Origin: Sandaracinaceae bacterium
Lineage (GTDB): Bacteria; Myxococcota_A; Polyangia; Polyangiales; Sandaracinaceae
Assembly (NCBI GenBank): GCA_044220955.1
Contig: JBGAQA010000027.1
Location: 1 to 64,000 of the forward strand
Length of the DNA stretch: 64,000 nucleotides
Reading direction: 5' to 3'
The translations under genes and the position numbers were made by a program. Shown in pieces: positions 12,069 through 22,663 of this stretch (its first letter is position 1; every line of letters begins with the position of its first letter). The notes below the pieces were generated by a model. It ran no database searches, was not told the DNA's origin, and was given only the letters and a program-made list of their open reading frames with translations.

Positions 12069-13274
12069 TCACCCCACCCGGACCAGGCCGTGCCAGGGTG
12101 CGACTCCGTCCGTGGCCGCGAGCAGGGGCGGGCGCTGCATCTCGCCAGGGGGACAGAGCCGCGGCGAGAGCGGCGCGGGCAGCACCAGGCGCTCCGGGTC
12201 GCCAGCGACGGCGACGACCTTGAGGTGCGCTCCGTAGATCGCCAGGCGCGCCGCGAGCTCGGCCGGCGTGTCGAACGCGTGCACGGCGATGTTCCGGTAG
12301 CCGGGGGTCGGGCGAACGGCGAGGCCCTGCTCGAACGAGGTCGCGTAGCCGTCGCCCTCGAAGAGCTCGTGCAGGCTCGACGCGAGCCCGCGCCACTGCA
12401 CCTGCTGGGCGCCGATCTCGATCGGCAGCGCGCCGCGCGGCATCGTGATCGCGAGCAGCGCGAGGCCCTGCGTCGCGACCAGCGAGGCGAGGTCGCGCGG
12501 GCTCAGCTCACCGCCCTTCTCGACGAAGACCACCTGCGGCGAGAGGCAGCCCCGCTGATCGTAGGCGGCCACGTCGCGCGCGATCGCGGCGGCGAGCGCG
12601 GGCAGGTGCGACGAGAGTGCCGTCCGGAGCACGACGATCGCCCCGAGGCCGTGGCCGTGCGCCACGAACTCGGTGCTCGGCGAGGTGGCCGCGCGCATCT
12701 GCCCGATCGCGTGATCGCCACCGTGCGCCGAGACCAGATCGACGCGCGCCGCCAGCCGCGCGTAGATCGGAGCGGACTCACCCCGCGGCCAGAGCACCGC
12801 GACGCTCGCGCCGAGCTCGGGATCGGCGGCCGAGAGCGCGACCCCGAAGAGCTCGGCGAGCCCGTCGTCGTGTGTCGCGACCTTCACCAGGACGGGCACG
12901 CGCGCGAGCAGCGACCACACCATCGGCCGCAGGCACGCGGTGAACACGCTCTGCGCAAGCACGAGCGCGTGCGCACGGACCGGCGTCGTCCGGTACGGCC
13001 CGAGCGAGCGGCGCATGGCGGTGAGCGCGTCGTCGAGCGCCGAGCGCCGGAGCTCGGCGAGCGTCGTGTCGAGCCCCCACGCCGCGCCCCCGGGCGAGAG
13101 CCCGGAGCGCTCCGCGATGGTCGTGCGGGCCTCGCGTCCGACGGGGGATCGGGGATCGGCCAACGCGGTGACCGCTGCGTCGAGCCAGGCGAGCACGCGC
13201 TCGTCCGGGGCCGCACGGAGCGCCGCCCCGGCGTCGGTCACGCGTCCGATCACCGCGTCGTTCGGCTCGCTCAT
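12069..13274 (-). CDS. luxC: LuxC-like acyl-CoA/acyl-protein reductase
   Basis: Starts MSEPNDAV with ATGA overlap; ALDH-like fold cues (LVKVAT, AHGGDHAI, FVAHGHGLG); catalytic-Cys motif DVAAYDQRGCLSPQ. Confidence 0.82.
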   Translation of the reverse strand: MSEPNDAVIGRVTDAGAALRAAPDERVLAWLDAAVTALADPRSPVGREARTTIAERSGLSPGGAAWGLDTTLAELRRSALDDALTAMRRSLGPYRTTPVRAHALVLAQSVFTACLRPMVWSLLARVPVLVKVATHDDGLAELFGVALSAADPELGASVAVLWPRGESAPIYARLAARVDLVSAHGGDHAIGQMRAATSPSTEFVAHGHGLGAIVVLRTALSSHLPALAAAIARDVAAYDQRGCLSPQVVFVEKGGELSPRDLASLVATQGLALLAITMPRGALPIEIGAQQVQWRGLASSLHELFEGDGYATSFEQGLAVRPTPGYRNIAVHAFDTPAELAARLAIYGAHLKVVAVAGDPERLVLPAPLSPRLCPPGEMQRPPLLAATDGVAPWHGLVRVG

Positions 13275-14341
13275 CGCCTCTTCCCGACCGCCTCCTCGAT
13301 CGCGAGGGAGCACCCGCGCGGCGTCGCGCCGGGCGCCCGGCCGAGCAGGATCACGCGCTCGCCGTCCATCCGCCCGACATCGGCCGTCTGGATTGCACAG
13401 CACGAGTCCACGTTCGCGAGGTCGTCGATGCGCAGCACCCCGGGCTGGCCCGCGGGGACCGGGCGCAGTGTCTCGGGATCGCATGGCGTGACGCGCACCC
13501 AGGGCGGGACGATGAGGCGCTCGACGCCGTCCTGCGGCAGGCGGCCCTCGCGCAGACCGTCGCCGTAGAGCTGCGAGCTGAGCTCGGTCATCCCGTACTC
13601 GCTCACGATGCGGTGCTCGGGCAGCGCGAGCGTGCGGGCGAGCTCGCGCCGGAGATCTCGCGCGCTCACCTCGCGCGAGCGGCCCTTGAAGCCGCCCGTC
13701 TGCATCACGAAGCTGCCCTCGCGCAGGGGGATCGTCGCGCCGTCGAGGGCGTCGAGCAGGTGCACGAGCGCGAACGAGGTCGCGCACACTCCGAGCGGCT
13801 CCGCGGCCGTCTCGAGCGCGGCGCGCGCCGCAACGAGGTCGAGCGTGTGATCGCCCCACGCCCAGCTCGCCTGGGTCGCGAACGTGGCCTCGAACATCTC
13901 GAGCATGAACGAGAGCGAGGAGTCGGGCGCTTCGATCGTCATGGGCGCGAGCATCAGGAGCGCGCGGCGGCCGCCGCCGAAGAGCGCGTGCGCCGCCATC
14001 AGCTCGGCGGCCCGCTGGTAGGTGTACACGTGCCGCAGCGGGTGCGTGCCGCGCGCGCCGCTCGTCGTCCCCGAGGTGTGGAAGACGGTCATGTCCTCCT
14101 CGGGCGGGTGCGCGGCCACGCGCGCGAAGCGGAACACGTCCGTCGGGAGCGCGGGCCAGCCGTCGGGGCCGCGATCGAAGCGGCCGCCGCGCGCGCGGAC
14201 GAGCCGCCCGAAGGGCTCCACGTGCTCGGCCTGCCACGCCGCGAGCTCGGCGAGCAACGCGTCGCGCTCGAAGCGCACGTCGCGCTCGAAGACGCTCGGC
14301 TCGAGGAACGCCTGCACCTTGGCCGCGATGCGCTCGCTCAC
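13271..14341 (-). CDS. luxE: LuxE-like acyl-protein synthetase
   Basis: GTG start overlaps the upstream TGA; FHTSGTTSG, MQTGGFKG, EYGMTELSSQ, IQTADVG motifs; C-terminal PRGCSL. Confidence 0.86.
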   Translation of the reverse strand: MSERIAAKVQAFLEPSVFERDVRFERDALLAELAAWQAEHVEPFGRLVRARGGRFDRGPDGWPALPTDVFRFARVAAHPPEEDMTVFHTSGTTSGARGTHPLRHVYTYQRAAELMAAHALFGGGRRALLMLAPMTIEAPDSSLSFMLEMFEATFATQASWAWGDHTLDLVAARAALETAAEPLGVCATSFALVHLLDALDGATIPLREGSFVMQTGGFKGRSREVSARDLRRELARTLALPEHRIVSEYGMTELSSQLYGDGLREGRLPQDGVERLIVPPWVRVTPCDPETLRPVPAGQPGVLRIDDLANVDSCCAIQTADVGRMDGERVILLGRAPGATPRGCSLAIEEAVGKRR

Positions 14342-15657
14342 GACCGGTCCTCCAGGGCGAGCACGAGGTCGAGCGCGTCGACGAACGCGTCGAGCTGCGC
14401 GGGCGCGATGCAGAGCGGCGGCGTCAGCGAGAGCACGCTGGCGTCCGCGCCGGCGGCCAGCGTGATGAACCCGCGCTCGAGCAGGGCGGCGGCCACCCGC
14501 AGCGCAGCGCCCGGCTGCCGGAGCTGCACGCCGAGCAAGAGTCCACGCCCGCGGATCTCGGCCACGGAAGGATGCTCCGTGGCGAGCCTGCCGAGGCGCG
14601 TGGCGAGATCCGCCCCGACGCGCGCGGCGCGACCCACGAGATCCTCCTCCTCGATCACGTCGAGCGCCGCGAGCGCGGCGGCGCAGGCGAGCGGCTGCCC
14701 GAAGAAGGTCGCCGTGTGGATCGATTCCTGGTCCGGCGTGCCCCACGCCTGCATCACCATGTGCGGCGCGAGGCAGGCCGAGACGGGCATCCCGCCGCCG
14801 AGCGCCTTGCCGAGGCAGAGGACGTCGGGGACGACGCCCTCGCGCTCGCAGGCGAAGCGCGCCCCGGTGCGGCCGAGGCCGGTCATGATCTCGTCGACGA
14901 CGAGGAGCGCGCCCTGCTCCCGCGCCAAGCGCGCGAGCGAGGCGAGCCAGCCGTCCGGCGGCACGACGACGCCGCCGCGCCCGAGGATCGGCTCGACCAC
15001 GACGCAGCCCACGCTCGAGCCGCGCAGGTGCGCGCCGATCACGTCCATCGGGGCGCCGTAGGCCTCGAACAGCACGTGCGGGTTGAGCTGTGCCGCGAAG
15101 GGCGCGCGGAAGCGCTCGGCGTAGCCCGAGATGGCGAGCGGGCCGTGCGCGAGGCCGTGGTAGCCGCCGTGGAAGGCGAGCACACCTGGGCGGCGCGTGG
15201 CGAGCATGGCTGTCTTGAGCGCCGCCTCGATCGCGTCGCCGCCGTGCGCCCCGAGGATCACGCGCGCCTCGGGGAAGGGCGCGAGCGCGCCGAGCCGCTC
15301 GCAGAGCTCGATCTTCACGTCGGATGGATGCACGTCGCCGAGCGCATGGATCAGCCGCTCGCTCTGCTCCCGGATCGCGCGCACGACGGCGGGATGCCCG
15401 TGGCCGATCGAGGCCGCGCCGAACCCGGCGACCATGTCGACGAGCACGTTCCCGTCGGCGTCGACGACGTTGCTGCCGCGCGCCGCGGTCCACACGATGG
15501 GGTCCTGCGGCGCTCCCACGGCCTCTGCCCGCCGCTCGCGTCGCGCCGTCAGCGAGGGGCACTCGGTGCGCGCGAGCACCTCGACGAGCGCGCGCGAGCG
15601 ACCCCCCGGGATCGGGACGGAGACGGCGGGAACGCGCGATCCGAGCTCGCCGGTCAT
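14338..15657 (-). CDS. Class III PLP-dependent aminotransferase
   Basis: DMVAGFG..SIGHGHP, FHGGYHG, DEIMTGLGRTG and GKALGGG (PLP lysine) motifs. Confidence 0.92.
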   Translation of the reverse strand: MTGELGSRVPAVSVPIPGGRSRALVEVLARTECPSLTARRERRAEAVGAPQDPIVWTAARGSNVVDADGNVLVDMVAGFGAASIGHGHPAVVRAIREQSERLIHALGDVHPSDVKIELCERLGALAPFPEARVILGAHGGDAIEAALKTAMLATRRPGVLAFHGGYHGLAHGPLAISGYAERFRAPFAAQLNPHVLFEAYGAPMDVIGAHLRGSSVGCVVVEPILGRGGVVVPPDGWLASLARLAREQGALLVVDEIMTGLGRTGARFACEREGVVPDVLCLGKALGGGMPVSACLAPHMVMQAWGTPDQESIHTATFFGQPLACAAALAALDVIEEEDLVGRAARVGADLATRLGRLATEHPSVAEIRGRGLLLGVQLRQPGAALRVAAALLERGFITLAAGADASVLSLTPPLCIAPAQLDAFVDALDLVLALEDRS

Positions 15658-15740
15658 GGGCCGCGTGTCGTAGCCGGTTTCGCGCGTCTTCGCATGCGGG
15701 TGCTACGATCCGAGTCTCTTCTCTTCCTGCGAGGTGCGCG

Positions 15741-16211
15741 ATGCGTGTGACGGGGCTCTCGATGGTTCTCGCGGTCTCGGTGCTCGGCTGCGGCGGCAGC
15801 ACGCCTCTCGGCGGGACGGACGCCGGCGCCGGGAATGACGCGGCGACGGGCGTGGACTCGGGGACCGACGGCGGTGGACCGGGCGCGGACGCCGGCGACC
15901 CCTGTGCGTACGTCGACGCGATCGACCGCACCTGCTCGACCGACGCCGACTGCGCGATCGGGCTGCACCAGATCAACTGCTGCGGCAGCTCGGTGATGAT
16001 CGGCTACCGGAGCACGCAGACCGGCGTGCCCGCGAGCGAGTCGGCCTGCATGGCGAGCTACCCCGGCTGCGGCTGTCCGGCGATGCTGCCGACGACCGAC
16101 AGCGGCGAGACCGTCACCGACACCGGCGCCGTGCAGGTCGCCTGCGTGACCGTGGGCCCGACGGCCGTCTGCCGCACCTACGTCACGATGCGCCCGCCGA
16201 ACGGGCGCTGA
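15741..16211 (+). CDS. Small Cys-rich lipoprotein
   Basis: Lipobox MRVTGLSMVLAVSVLGC; DAG linker; C..D.DC...CC..C..C.C pattern; GAGG SD. Confidence 0.78.
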   Translation: MRVTGLSMVLAVSVLGCGGSTPLGGTDAGAGNDAATGVDSGTDGGGPGADAGDPCAYVDAIDRTCSTDADCAIGLHQINCCGSSVMIGYRSTQTGVPASESACMASYPGCGCPAMLPTTDSGETVTDTGAVQVACVTVGPTAVCRTYVTMRPPNGR

Positions 16212-16224
16212 TCCACGACCCCGA

Positions 16225-16668
16225 CTACTCGATCCGGACGGAGGCGCTCGCGACGCACGCCCCCGCGCAGCCGTGCTGTCCGCGGTCGGGCTCCTCGCGG
16301 TACGCGTAGCTCAGCGCGCCCGTGTGAAGGCTGCCGGTGATCTCCTGCTTCGTCGTCCAGTGGCAGCCGTCGCTGAAGTCGAACCCGGTCTGGATCTGGA
16401 TGTCGACGTCGCCGGTGCTGCTGACCGTTCCGTCGAAGCGCGATCCCCCGAACGAGGCGGACGCCCGACCGCCTGCGCACGGGTAGGTGAGTCGCGCAGG
16501 CGCCGCCGTGACGCGCTCGTCGATGCGGCAGCCGGAGCGCACCTGGACGTCGTACACGACGAGCATCGCGCTGCACGTCGCCCCCGGCGGCGGTGGCTGC
16601 GCGATCGTGCGCGAGTCGGACGAGGCGAAGACCAGCAGGGGCACGAGGACCAAGAGAGCGCGCTTCAT
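16225..16668 (-). CDS. Small secreted disulfide-rich beta protein
   Basis: Signal-like MKRALLVLVPLLVFASS; 6 Cys; TATCCT 6 nt upstream of the ATG. Confidence 0.72.
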   Translation of the reverse strand: MKRALLVLVPLLVFASSDSRTIAQPPPPGATCSAMLVVYDVQVRSGCRIDERVTAAPARLTYPCAGGRASASFGGSRFDGTVSSTGDVDIQIQTGFDFSDGCHWTTKQEITGSLHTGALSYAYREEPDRGQHGCAGACVASASVRIE

Positions 16669-16688
16669 GCCGCGAGGATACCAGGCGC

Positions 16689-17302
16689 CTACCTCCAGCG
16701 AACCTCCGCCACGCACTCGTGCGCGCCGTGGCTCACGCAGTGGGTGCGCCGCGCGCTCACGTCCTTGGCGCCCGTCAGCTCGAAGATGGCGCACATCGTC
16801 TCGATCGTGACCTCGCAGAGCAGCACGTGGTGGCCGGGCCAGTCCCACGTGCGCGAGATCGCCTGGCCGGGGCGGGGGATCACGATCTCGCGCGAGCCGC
16901 CGTCGTGGAGCATCCGCCAGAGGCGCTGGATGTTCCGCGCGTAGAACCCCGGCGTCACGATCTGTCCGACGACGAACCGGTACACGCCGTTCATCGAAGT
17001 CCGGACCGCCTCGCGCGCCGCCGTTCGGATCAGCGCGTGTCGCTCCCCGGCCGGGTGGGGCGCCACGATGGCGTCGAGCAGCGCATGCACCAGGGCCGCG
17101 TCGTACCAGCTGCTCGCGATGAGCCCGAGCGCCTCGTCGCGTGGGTCGAGCTGCGCGGCGATCTCGGGCGGCATCTGCGCGACGGCCGCGGCGAGCGCGT
17201 CGCTTCCGTGCGCCCGCGCGTACCAGCGGACCACCTCGCGAATCGCGGCGCCTTTGACCTTGGCGGGAGTGCCGGGCGCGGCTCGGCCGTTGATCGTGGC
17301 CA

Positions 17303-17303
<1 letters not shown>
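16689..17303 (-). CDS. Hypothetical protein, possible V4R/H-NOX-like small-ligand-binding fold (myxobacterial family)
   Basis: GTG overlaps the yeaH stop (TAGTG); KVKG..., ASSWY and C-terminal CVSHGAHEC.. W pattern. Confidence 0.65.
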
Positions 17304-18415
<1,112 letters not shown>

Positions 18416-18475
18416 CTTGCCCCCAGGGTAGCAGATCGGGATCGGGGACGAGAGCGAGGTCGAGAGGTCGAGAGA

Positions 18476-19945
18476 TCAGCGACAGCGGACGGTGTAGCCC
18501 GTCTCCTCGACGCGCGTGCAGATGGTCGACACCATCGGGAACGAGATGGTGCGGACCTCGCAGTGACTCTCGCTGACGGACGCGCCGCACGCCTGCGTGC
18601 TGGTCGCGATGTACCACGCGTCCCCCGAGCAGATGGAGGTGCCGTGGCCCGGCACGAACGCACACGTCGAGGAGTTGCCCCGCGGCGTGTTCCCGCTCGC
18701 CGCGTAGGATAGCTCGCGCTCCTGGCTGGCGTTGCAGTTGTAGTCGAACGTCGGCGAGAGCCCCGTGAGGTTCGCGCTGAAGTAGGCCGTCTGGGTCGGT
18801 CGTGCGCTCGAGCTGGTGTCGAGGCAGTCGTGCGAGGCTGGGGTCGGCGCGACCGACGTCCAGGAGCCGCTCGAGCACGTCGCCGGCGCGGCGGGCGTCG
18901 TGCAGCTCGACATCGAGGTGCCGCCCGTCGGGGCGAATCCGTCGCGGTCGCAGTCGATGTACCAGGTCGGGGGCGTGCCCACGCTGCCGTCGCAGTTCAG
19001 GTCGGTCGCCGACCCGCAGGGCTCGGCGGCGCCGGGATACCGGTTGCCGTTGGTGTCGTCGCAGTCGTCACCGCCGCACGACGCGCTGATCGCGAAGTGC
19101 CCGTCGCTGTCGAGATCGACGAGCACCGGCTGGTTCACACACCCGGTGGCGTTGTCACAGGTGTCCGTCGTACACGGGTCCATGTCGTCGCACTCGAGCG
19201 GCGCCGTCGCTGCGCCGCACGCGTGCGTGGCGGCGTTGCAGACCTCGTTCCCGTTGCAGGCGTTGCCGTCCTGGCAGGTCGAGTCGTCCGTGCACGAGTA
19301 GGTGCAGTCCATGTCGCAGCCGTCGCCGTCGTTGAGGTTGTTGTCGTCGCACTCCTCGCCGGCGTCCGTCGTACCGTCCCCGCACACGCCGGCGCGGCAC
19401 ACGCCGCCCTGGCATCGGGCGGGCGTCGCCCCGACCATGCACACCGTGGGAGGCGAGTCCGGCACGACGGTGCCTGGCTCGCAGGTGTGCATCGCGCCGC
19501 AGGTCTCGGTACCGTTGCAGAGCTCGGCATCGTCGCAATCGCCGTCGACGTGGCAGCTGAACGTGCAGTCGCCCTCGCAGCCATCTCCGGACGTCGCGTT
19601 GCCGTCGTCGCACTCCTCGGCGCTGTGCGTGCCGTTCGAGCGCGAGTCCGGCAGGCCGTCGCCGCAGCGCGAGAGCTGGCAGATGCCGTCGAGGCAGACG
19701 AAGGGCTCGTCGATGCCGGCGACGAGGCAGTGCACCCCGTCGGGAAGGCCGGCGCACGCCGAAGGCGGTCCGCCGTCCGGGCCGGCGTCCACCGGCATCG
19801 TCCCCATGTCGACCGGTCCGGTGTCGTTCCCCGGGCTGCCGGCGTCCATGCCTCCGCGCCCTGCGAGCGTGCCCTCGACGAGCGCGGTGCAGCCCGCGCC
19901 GAGCGTGAGAAGACAGGTGGTCAGGAAATAGAGCGTCGAGCGCAT
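18476..19945 (-). CDS. Cys-rich lipoprotein with myxobacterial cysteine-rich repeats and DxDxDG-type putative metal-binding motifs
   Basis: Lipobox LGAGC; two CGDG...EECDD.N...GDGC repeats; CNG.E.C repeats; DLDSDGH..DCDD..RYPGAAE.C motif; GAGGAG SD. Confidence 0.85.
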   Translation of the reverse strand: MRSTLYFLTTCLLTLGAGCTALVEGTLAGRGGMDAGSPGNDTGPVDMGTMPVDAGPDGGPPSACAGLPDGVHCLVAGIDEPFVCLDGICQLSRCGDGLPDSRSNGTHSAEECDDGNATSGDGCEGDCTFSCHVDGDCDDAELCNGTETCGAMHTCEPGTVVPDSPPTVCMVGATPARCQGGVCRAGVCGDGTTDAGEECDDNNLNDGDGCDMDCTYSCTDDSTCQDGNACNGNEVCNAATHACGAATAPLECDDMDPCTTDTCDNATGCVNQPVLVDLDSDGHFAISASCGGDDCDDTNGNRYPGAAEPCGSATDLNCDGSVGTPPTWYIDCDRDGFAPTGGTSMSSCTTPAAPATCSSGSWTSVAPTPASHDCLDTSSSARPTQTAYFSANLTGLSPTFDYNCNASQERELSYAASGNTPRGNSSTCAFVPGHGTSICSGDAWYIATSTQACGASVSESHCEVRTISFPMVSTICTRVEETGYTVRCR

Positions 19946-19993
19946 GAACGACTCCTCGGTCGAGAAGAAGAAGAAAGTCCCACCAGCGAGCGA

Positions 19994-20875
19994 TCAGAAC
20001 GTGACGGCGAAGCCGTTCGGCGTGAGCCGGAGCGCAGACTGCGTCTCGGCACTGCCGCCCGAGCCACCGGGCATCACGAGCGTGAGGATCAGCGCCGTGA
20101 CGGCGCACGCAGCCGCCACGCCGAACATGACGTCCGAGCCCAGCGCGAGCCCCCGCGCCGAGCTCGCCTCCGAGCTGGTCGCGCTGGGGGCGGCCCCCGG
20201 GGGCTATCGCGCCCCGCCGCCCTGCCGGGCGCCCGCTATCGGGGGGGCGCCGGCCCCCGACCAGACGATGACCGGGACGACCGGGATCTCGCCGCCCCCG
20301 CCGCCGCTGCCGCCGCCGCCCGTGCTCGCGCTCGCCGTCATCTCCACCGGGACCTCGGTCTGCTGGCCGGCCGGCACGACCACGGTCGAGGTGAAGTCCG
20401 CGTAGCCAGCCGCCCTCACCACGATCCTGTGCGAGCCCGGCGTCACGTGGAAGGCGTCCGGCCGCGGCAGGCGCCCGGCGTCGGCGCCGTCGAGCGTGAC
20501 GACGGCGCCCTCGGGTCCGCCGTGGAGCATGATCCCCGTCGCCTCGATGCGCGTCCGGATGGCGCCGAGTCGCGCGCGCGCCTCGGCCTGGTGCTCGTCG
20601 GCGGGATCAGCGTGCTCGAGGAAGAGGTTGAGCGCCGTCGCCGCCTCGTCGAGGCGCCCGAGCCGCTCGTAGGCCTGCGCGAGGTTCCACTGGAGCAGCG
20701 GGCGTGGGTCGAGCGCGTAGGCCTGCGTCCAGGTGCTGATGGCCGCGTCGTAGTCGCCTTGCGAGTACGCGACCTGCCCTCGCTGGAAGAGCGTCCGCGC
20801 GTCGTCCTGGGCGAGGGCGGTCGTGGTGAGCGCGACGAGGGTGACGAGAGCGATCCCGAAGGCCAGGCGGTTCAT
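19994..20875 (-). CDS. TPR + PEGA domain exported protein, interrupted by an in-frame TAG at 20206-20204
   Basis: Signal peptide; TPR (LFQRGQVAYSQGDY..WNLAQAYERLG); PEGA (GAVVTLDG..PGSHRIVVRAAGY). The same frame resumes after the TAG with a hydrophobic helix and ends ..LTPNGFAVTF-TGA at 19994. Confidence 0.75.
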
Positions 20876-20949
20876 CGGGGCGAATGGTAGCAGCGAATGC
20901 GCGTCGTCACCCAGCCCCGTCGACGCCGCGCGCAGGGTAGCATCGAGCG

Positions 20950-21321
20950 ATGTCCTCCGACCCGGCCCCGGCCCCGATCGTCACGCGCGGCCTCGCGCGG
21001 GCCGGCCTGGCGATCGGGGTCGGCTCGTACGTCCTGCTGCTGGGGGCGGGCTGCCTCATCCCGTTCACCGCGGGCGTCAGCGCCGTCCTGATGCTCCCGT
21101 GCCTGATCGGCTGGCCGATCGCCGCGCTCATCGGCTGGCGTGGCGTGCGCGTGCTGAGGCCGGGTGACCCCGCGCGTCCGTGGGCGCAGGGCGCGCTCCT
21201 GGCGGGAGGCGGTGGCCTTCTCCTCGTCACCGCGACGCTCGGGCTGCTCTTGCTGTCGATTCTCATGGGCGTCGCGATCGCCGAGCTCGCGCCCGGTCTC
21301 GTCCGCCCCCACCACCATTGA
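20950..21321 (+). CDS. Small membrane protein (3 TM)
   Basis: Three hydrophobic segments; TAGCAT 6 nt upstream of the ATG. Confidence 0.65.
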   Translation: MSSDPAPAPIVTRGLARAGLAIGVGSYVLLLGAGCLIPFTAGVSAVLMLPCLIGWPIAALIGWRGVRVLRPGDPARPWAQGALLAGGGGLLLVTATLGLLLLSILMGVAIAELAPGLVRPHHH

Positions 21322-21335
21322 CGGTGCGCGCCGGG

Positions 21336-22115
21336 TCAGCGGCCCGGGCGCGCGCGATCGAGCAGCTCGCCGAAGAGCGGGCGCCAGGTCGCCCAGCCGT
21401 GATCGCCGGGGATCGTCACGACGTGGTCCTCGGGCTGCATCGAGGCGAGCACCCGGTCGGCCTCGCCGAGTCGGTCGTCGTCGCCCCAGCCGATGTAGAG
21501 CGGCGGCATCTCGTCCTGATCGGTGGCGTAGCCGCGCAGCCACGCCCAGAGGTGCGCCGTGTAGTTGTCCTGGGTCCAGGGGGTGCTCGCGAGGCCGCCC
21601 GGCGGCTCCCAGGCCTCGGGACCGCCCGCCGCCTGGATCTCGCGCACGACCGACTCCTCGCCGACGAAGGGCGCGAGCAGGATCACACCGGTGACCAGCT
21701 CCGGGTGGCGCTCGGCCGTGAGCAGCGCCCCGAGCCCGCCCATCGAGATGCCGACGAGCCAGATCTCCTCGTAGCCGCGCGCGGTCGCGGGCTCGAGGAT
21801 GTCGTCGAAGACGATGTTCGCCACGCCCTGTCCCGCCGCAGGCGTCTCCCCGTAGTAGCGGTAGTGGAGGTCGATCGCGACGGAGTCGCAGGGCGCGCCA
21901 CGGGTCAAGAGGTCGCTCGGGAAGCCGTGTTCGAGGAAGTTGTCCGGCCCGTCGAGGAAGCCCGGCACGAAGACCACCAGGCAGTGCTCGCGCGTGATCG
22001 AGCTGCGCCGGAACTCGAGCGCCGGGAGCGGGCGGCTGGGCGAGCGCGTGAAGTAGCAGCCTGCGACCGCGCACGTGAGCAGGACGACGGAGAGCGATAC
22101 CGCGAGACGCCGCAC
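21336..22115 (-). CDS. Alpha/beta-hydrolase lipoprotein
   Basis: Lipobox VAGC; FVPGF oxyanion loop; GISMGG nucleophile elbow; GDHGW His motif. Confidence 0.83.
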   Translation of the reverse strand: MRRLAVSLSVVLLTCAVAGCYFTRSPSRPLPALEFRRSSITREHCLVVFVPGFLDGPDNFLEHGFPSDLLTRGAPCDSVAIDLHYRYYGETPAAGQGVANIVFDDILEPATARGYEEIWLVGISMGGLGALLTAERHPELVTGVILLAPFVGEESVVREIQAAGGPEAWEPPGGLASTPWTQDNYTAHLWAWLRGYATDQDEMPPLYIGWGDDDRLGEADRVLASMQPEDHVVTIPGDHGWATWRPLFGELLDRARPGR

Positions 22116-22176
22116 GGCGCGGACCCTGGCACGCCGGGGGCGCCCGCGCGAGCGCCGGTGGCCCCTCGGCCCAGCG

Positions 22177-22205
22177 TTGACACCCCCGGACGCCCCGCGT
22201 AGAAC
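22177..22205 (+). promoter_or_regulatory. Putative sigma70 promoter of the nuo cluster
   Basis: TTGACA-N17-TAGAAC about 90 nt upstream of nuoA. Confidence 0.65.
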
Positions 22206-22297
22206 GGTCCGCGCTCGGCGCCCCCCCGCGGCGTGCCGTGTCGCGTTTTGCGCGTGTTTCCCGGACATTCCGCGGACACCGCGCGGCAGGAGAGCCA

Positions 22298-22660
22298 ATG
22301 TTCGAGGCCTACCTCCCGATGTTCCTCATCCTGGCGATCGCCGTCGCGGTCCCGGTGCTCCTCTACGTCCTCGCCTCGTCCCTCGGGCCGAAGGACCCGC
22401 CCAACGAGGAGTTCCTGATCCCCTACGAGTCGGGGTCGGAGTCGACCGGAGCCCGGCACGTCAAGCTCTCGGTCAAGTTCTACCTGACCGCGATCCTCTT
22501 CGTCGTCTTCGACATCGAGGCCGTGTTCCTCTATCCGTGGGCCGCCCGCTTCCGCGAGCTCGGCTGGTTCGGGCTGGTGGAGATGGTCCTGTTCCTCGGC
22601 GTGCTCGGCGCCACGCTGCTCTACGCCTGGAAGAAGGGCGCCCTCGAGTGGGAGAAGTGA
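22298..22660 (+). CDS. nuoA: NADH-quinone oxidoreductase subunit A
   Basis: PYESG and FYLTAILFVVFDIEAVFLYPWA motifs; KKGALEW; AGGAG SD. Confidence 0.95.
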   Translation: MFEAYLPMFLILAIAVAVPVLLYVLASSLGPKDPPNEEFLIPYESGSESTGARHVKLSVKFYLTAILFVVFDIEAVFLYPWAARFRELGWFGLVEMVLFLGVLGATLLYAWKKGALEWEK

Positions 22661-22663
22661 CGC

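Noticed and set aside
12069..14341. Bioluminescence (lux) operon
   Set aside because: No luxA, luxB, luxD or luxG in the window.
13271..15976. Apparent 901-aa LuxE fusion and 722-aa LuxC extension
   Set aside because: The N-terminal parts are off-frame readings of the upstream genes. The real starts are the overlapping GTG 14341 and ATG 13274.
20204..20206. Programmed amber readthrough (pyrrolysine)
   Set aside because: No pyl genes in the window, TAG ends other genes here normally, and neighbouring codons are also corrupted, which favours sequence error.
22225..22260. sigma54 promoter upstream of nuoA
   Set aside because: TTGC is present but there is no GG at the required -24 spacing; a good sigma70 match lies at 22177-22205.
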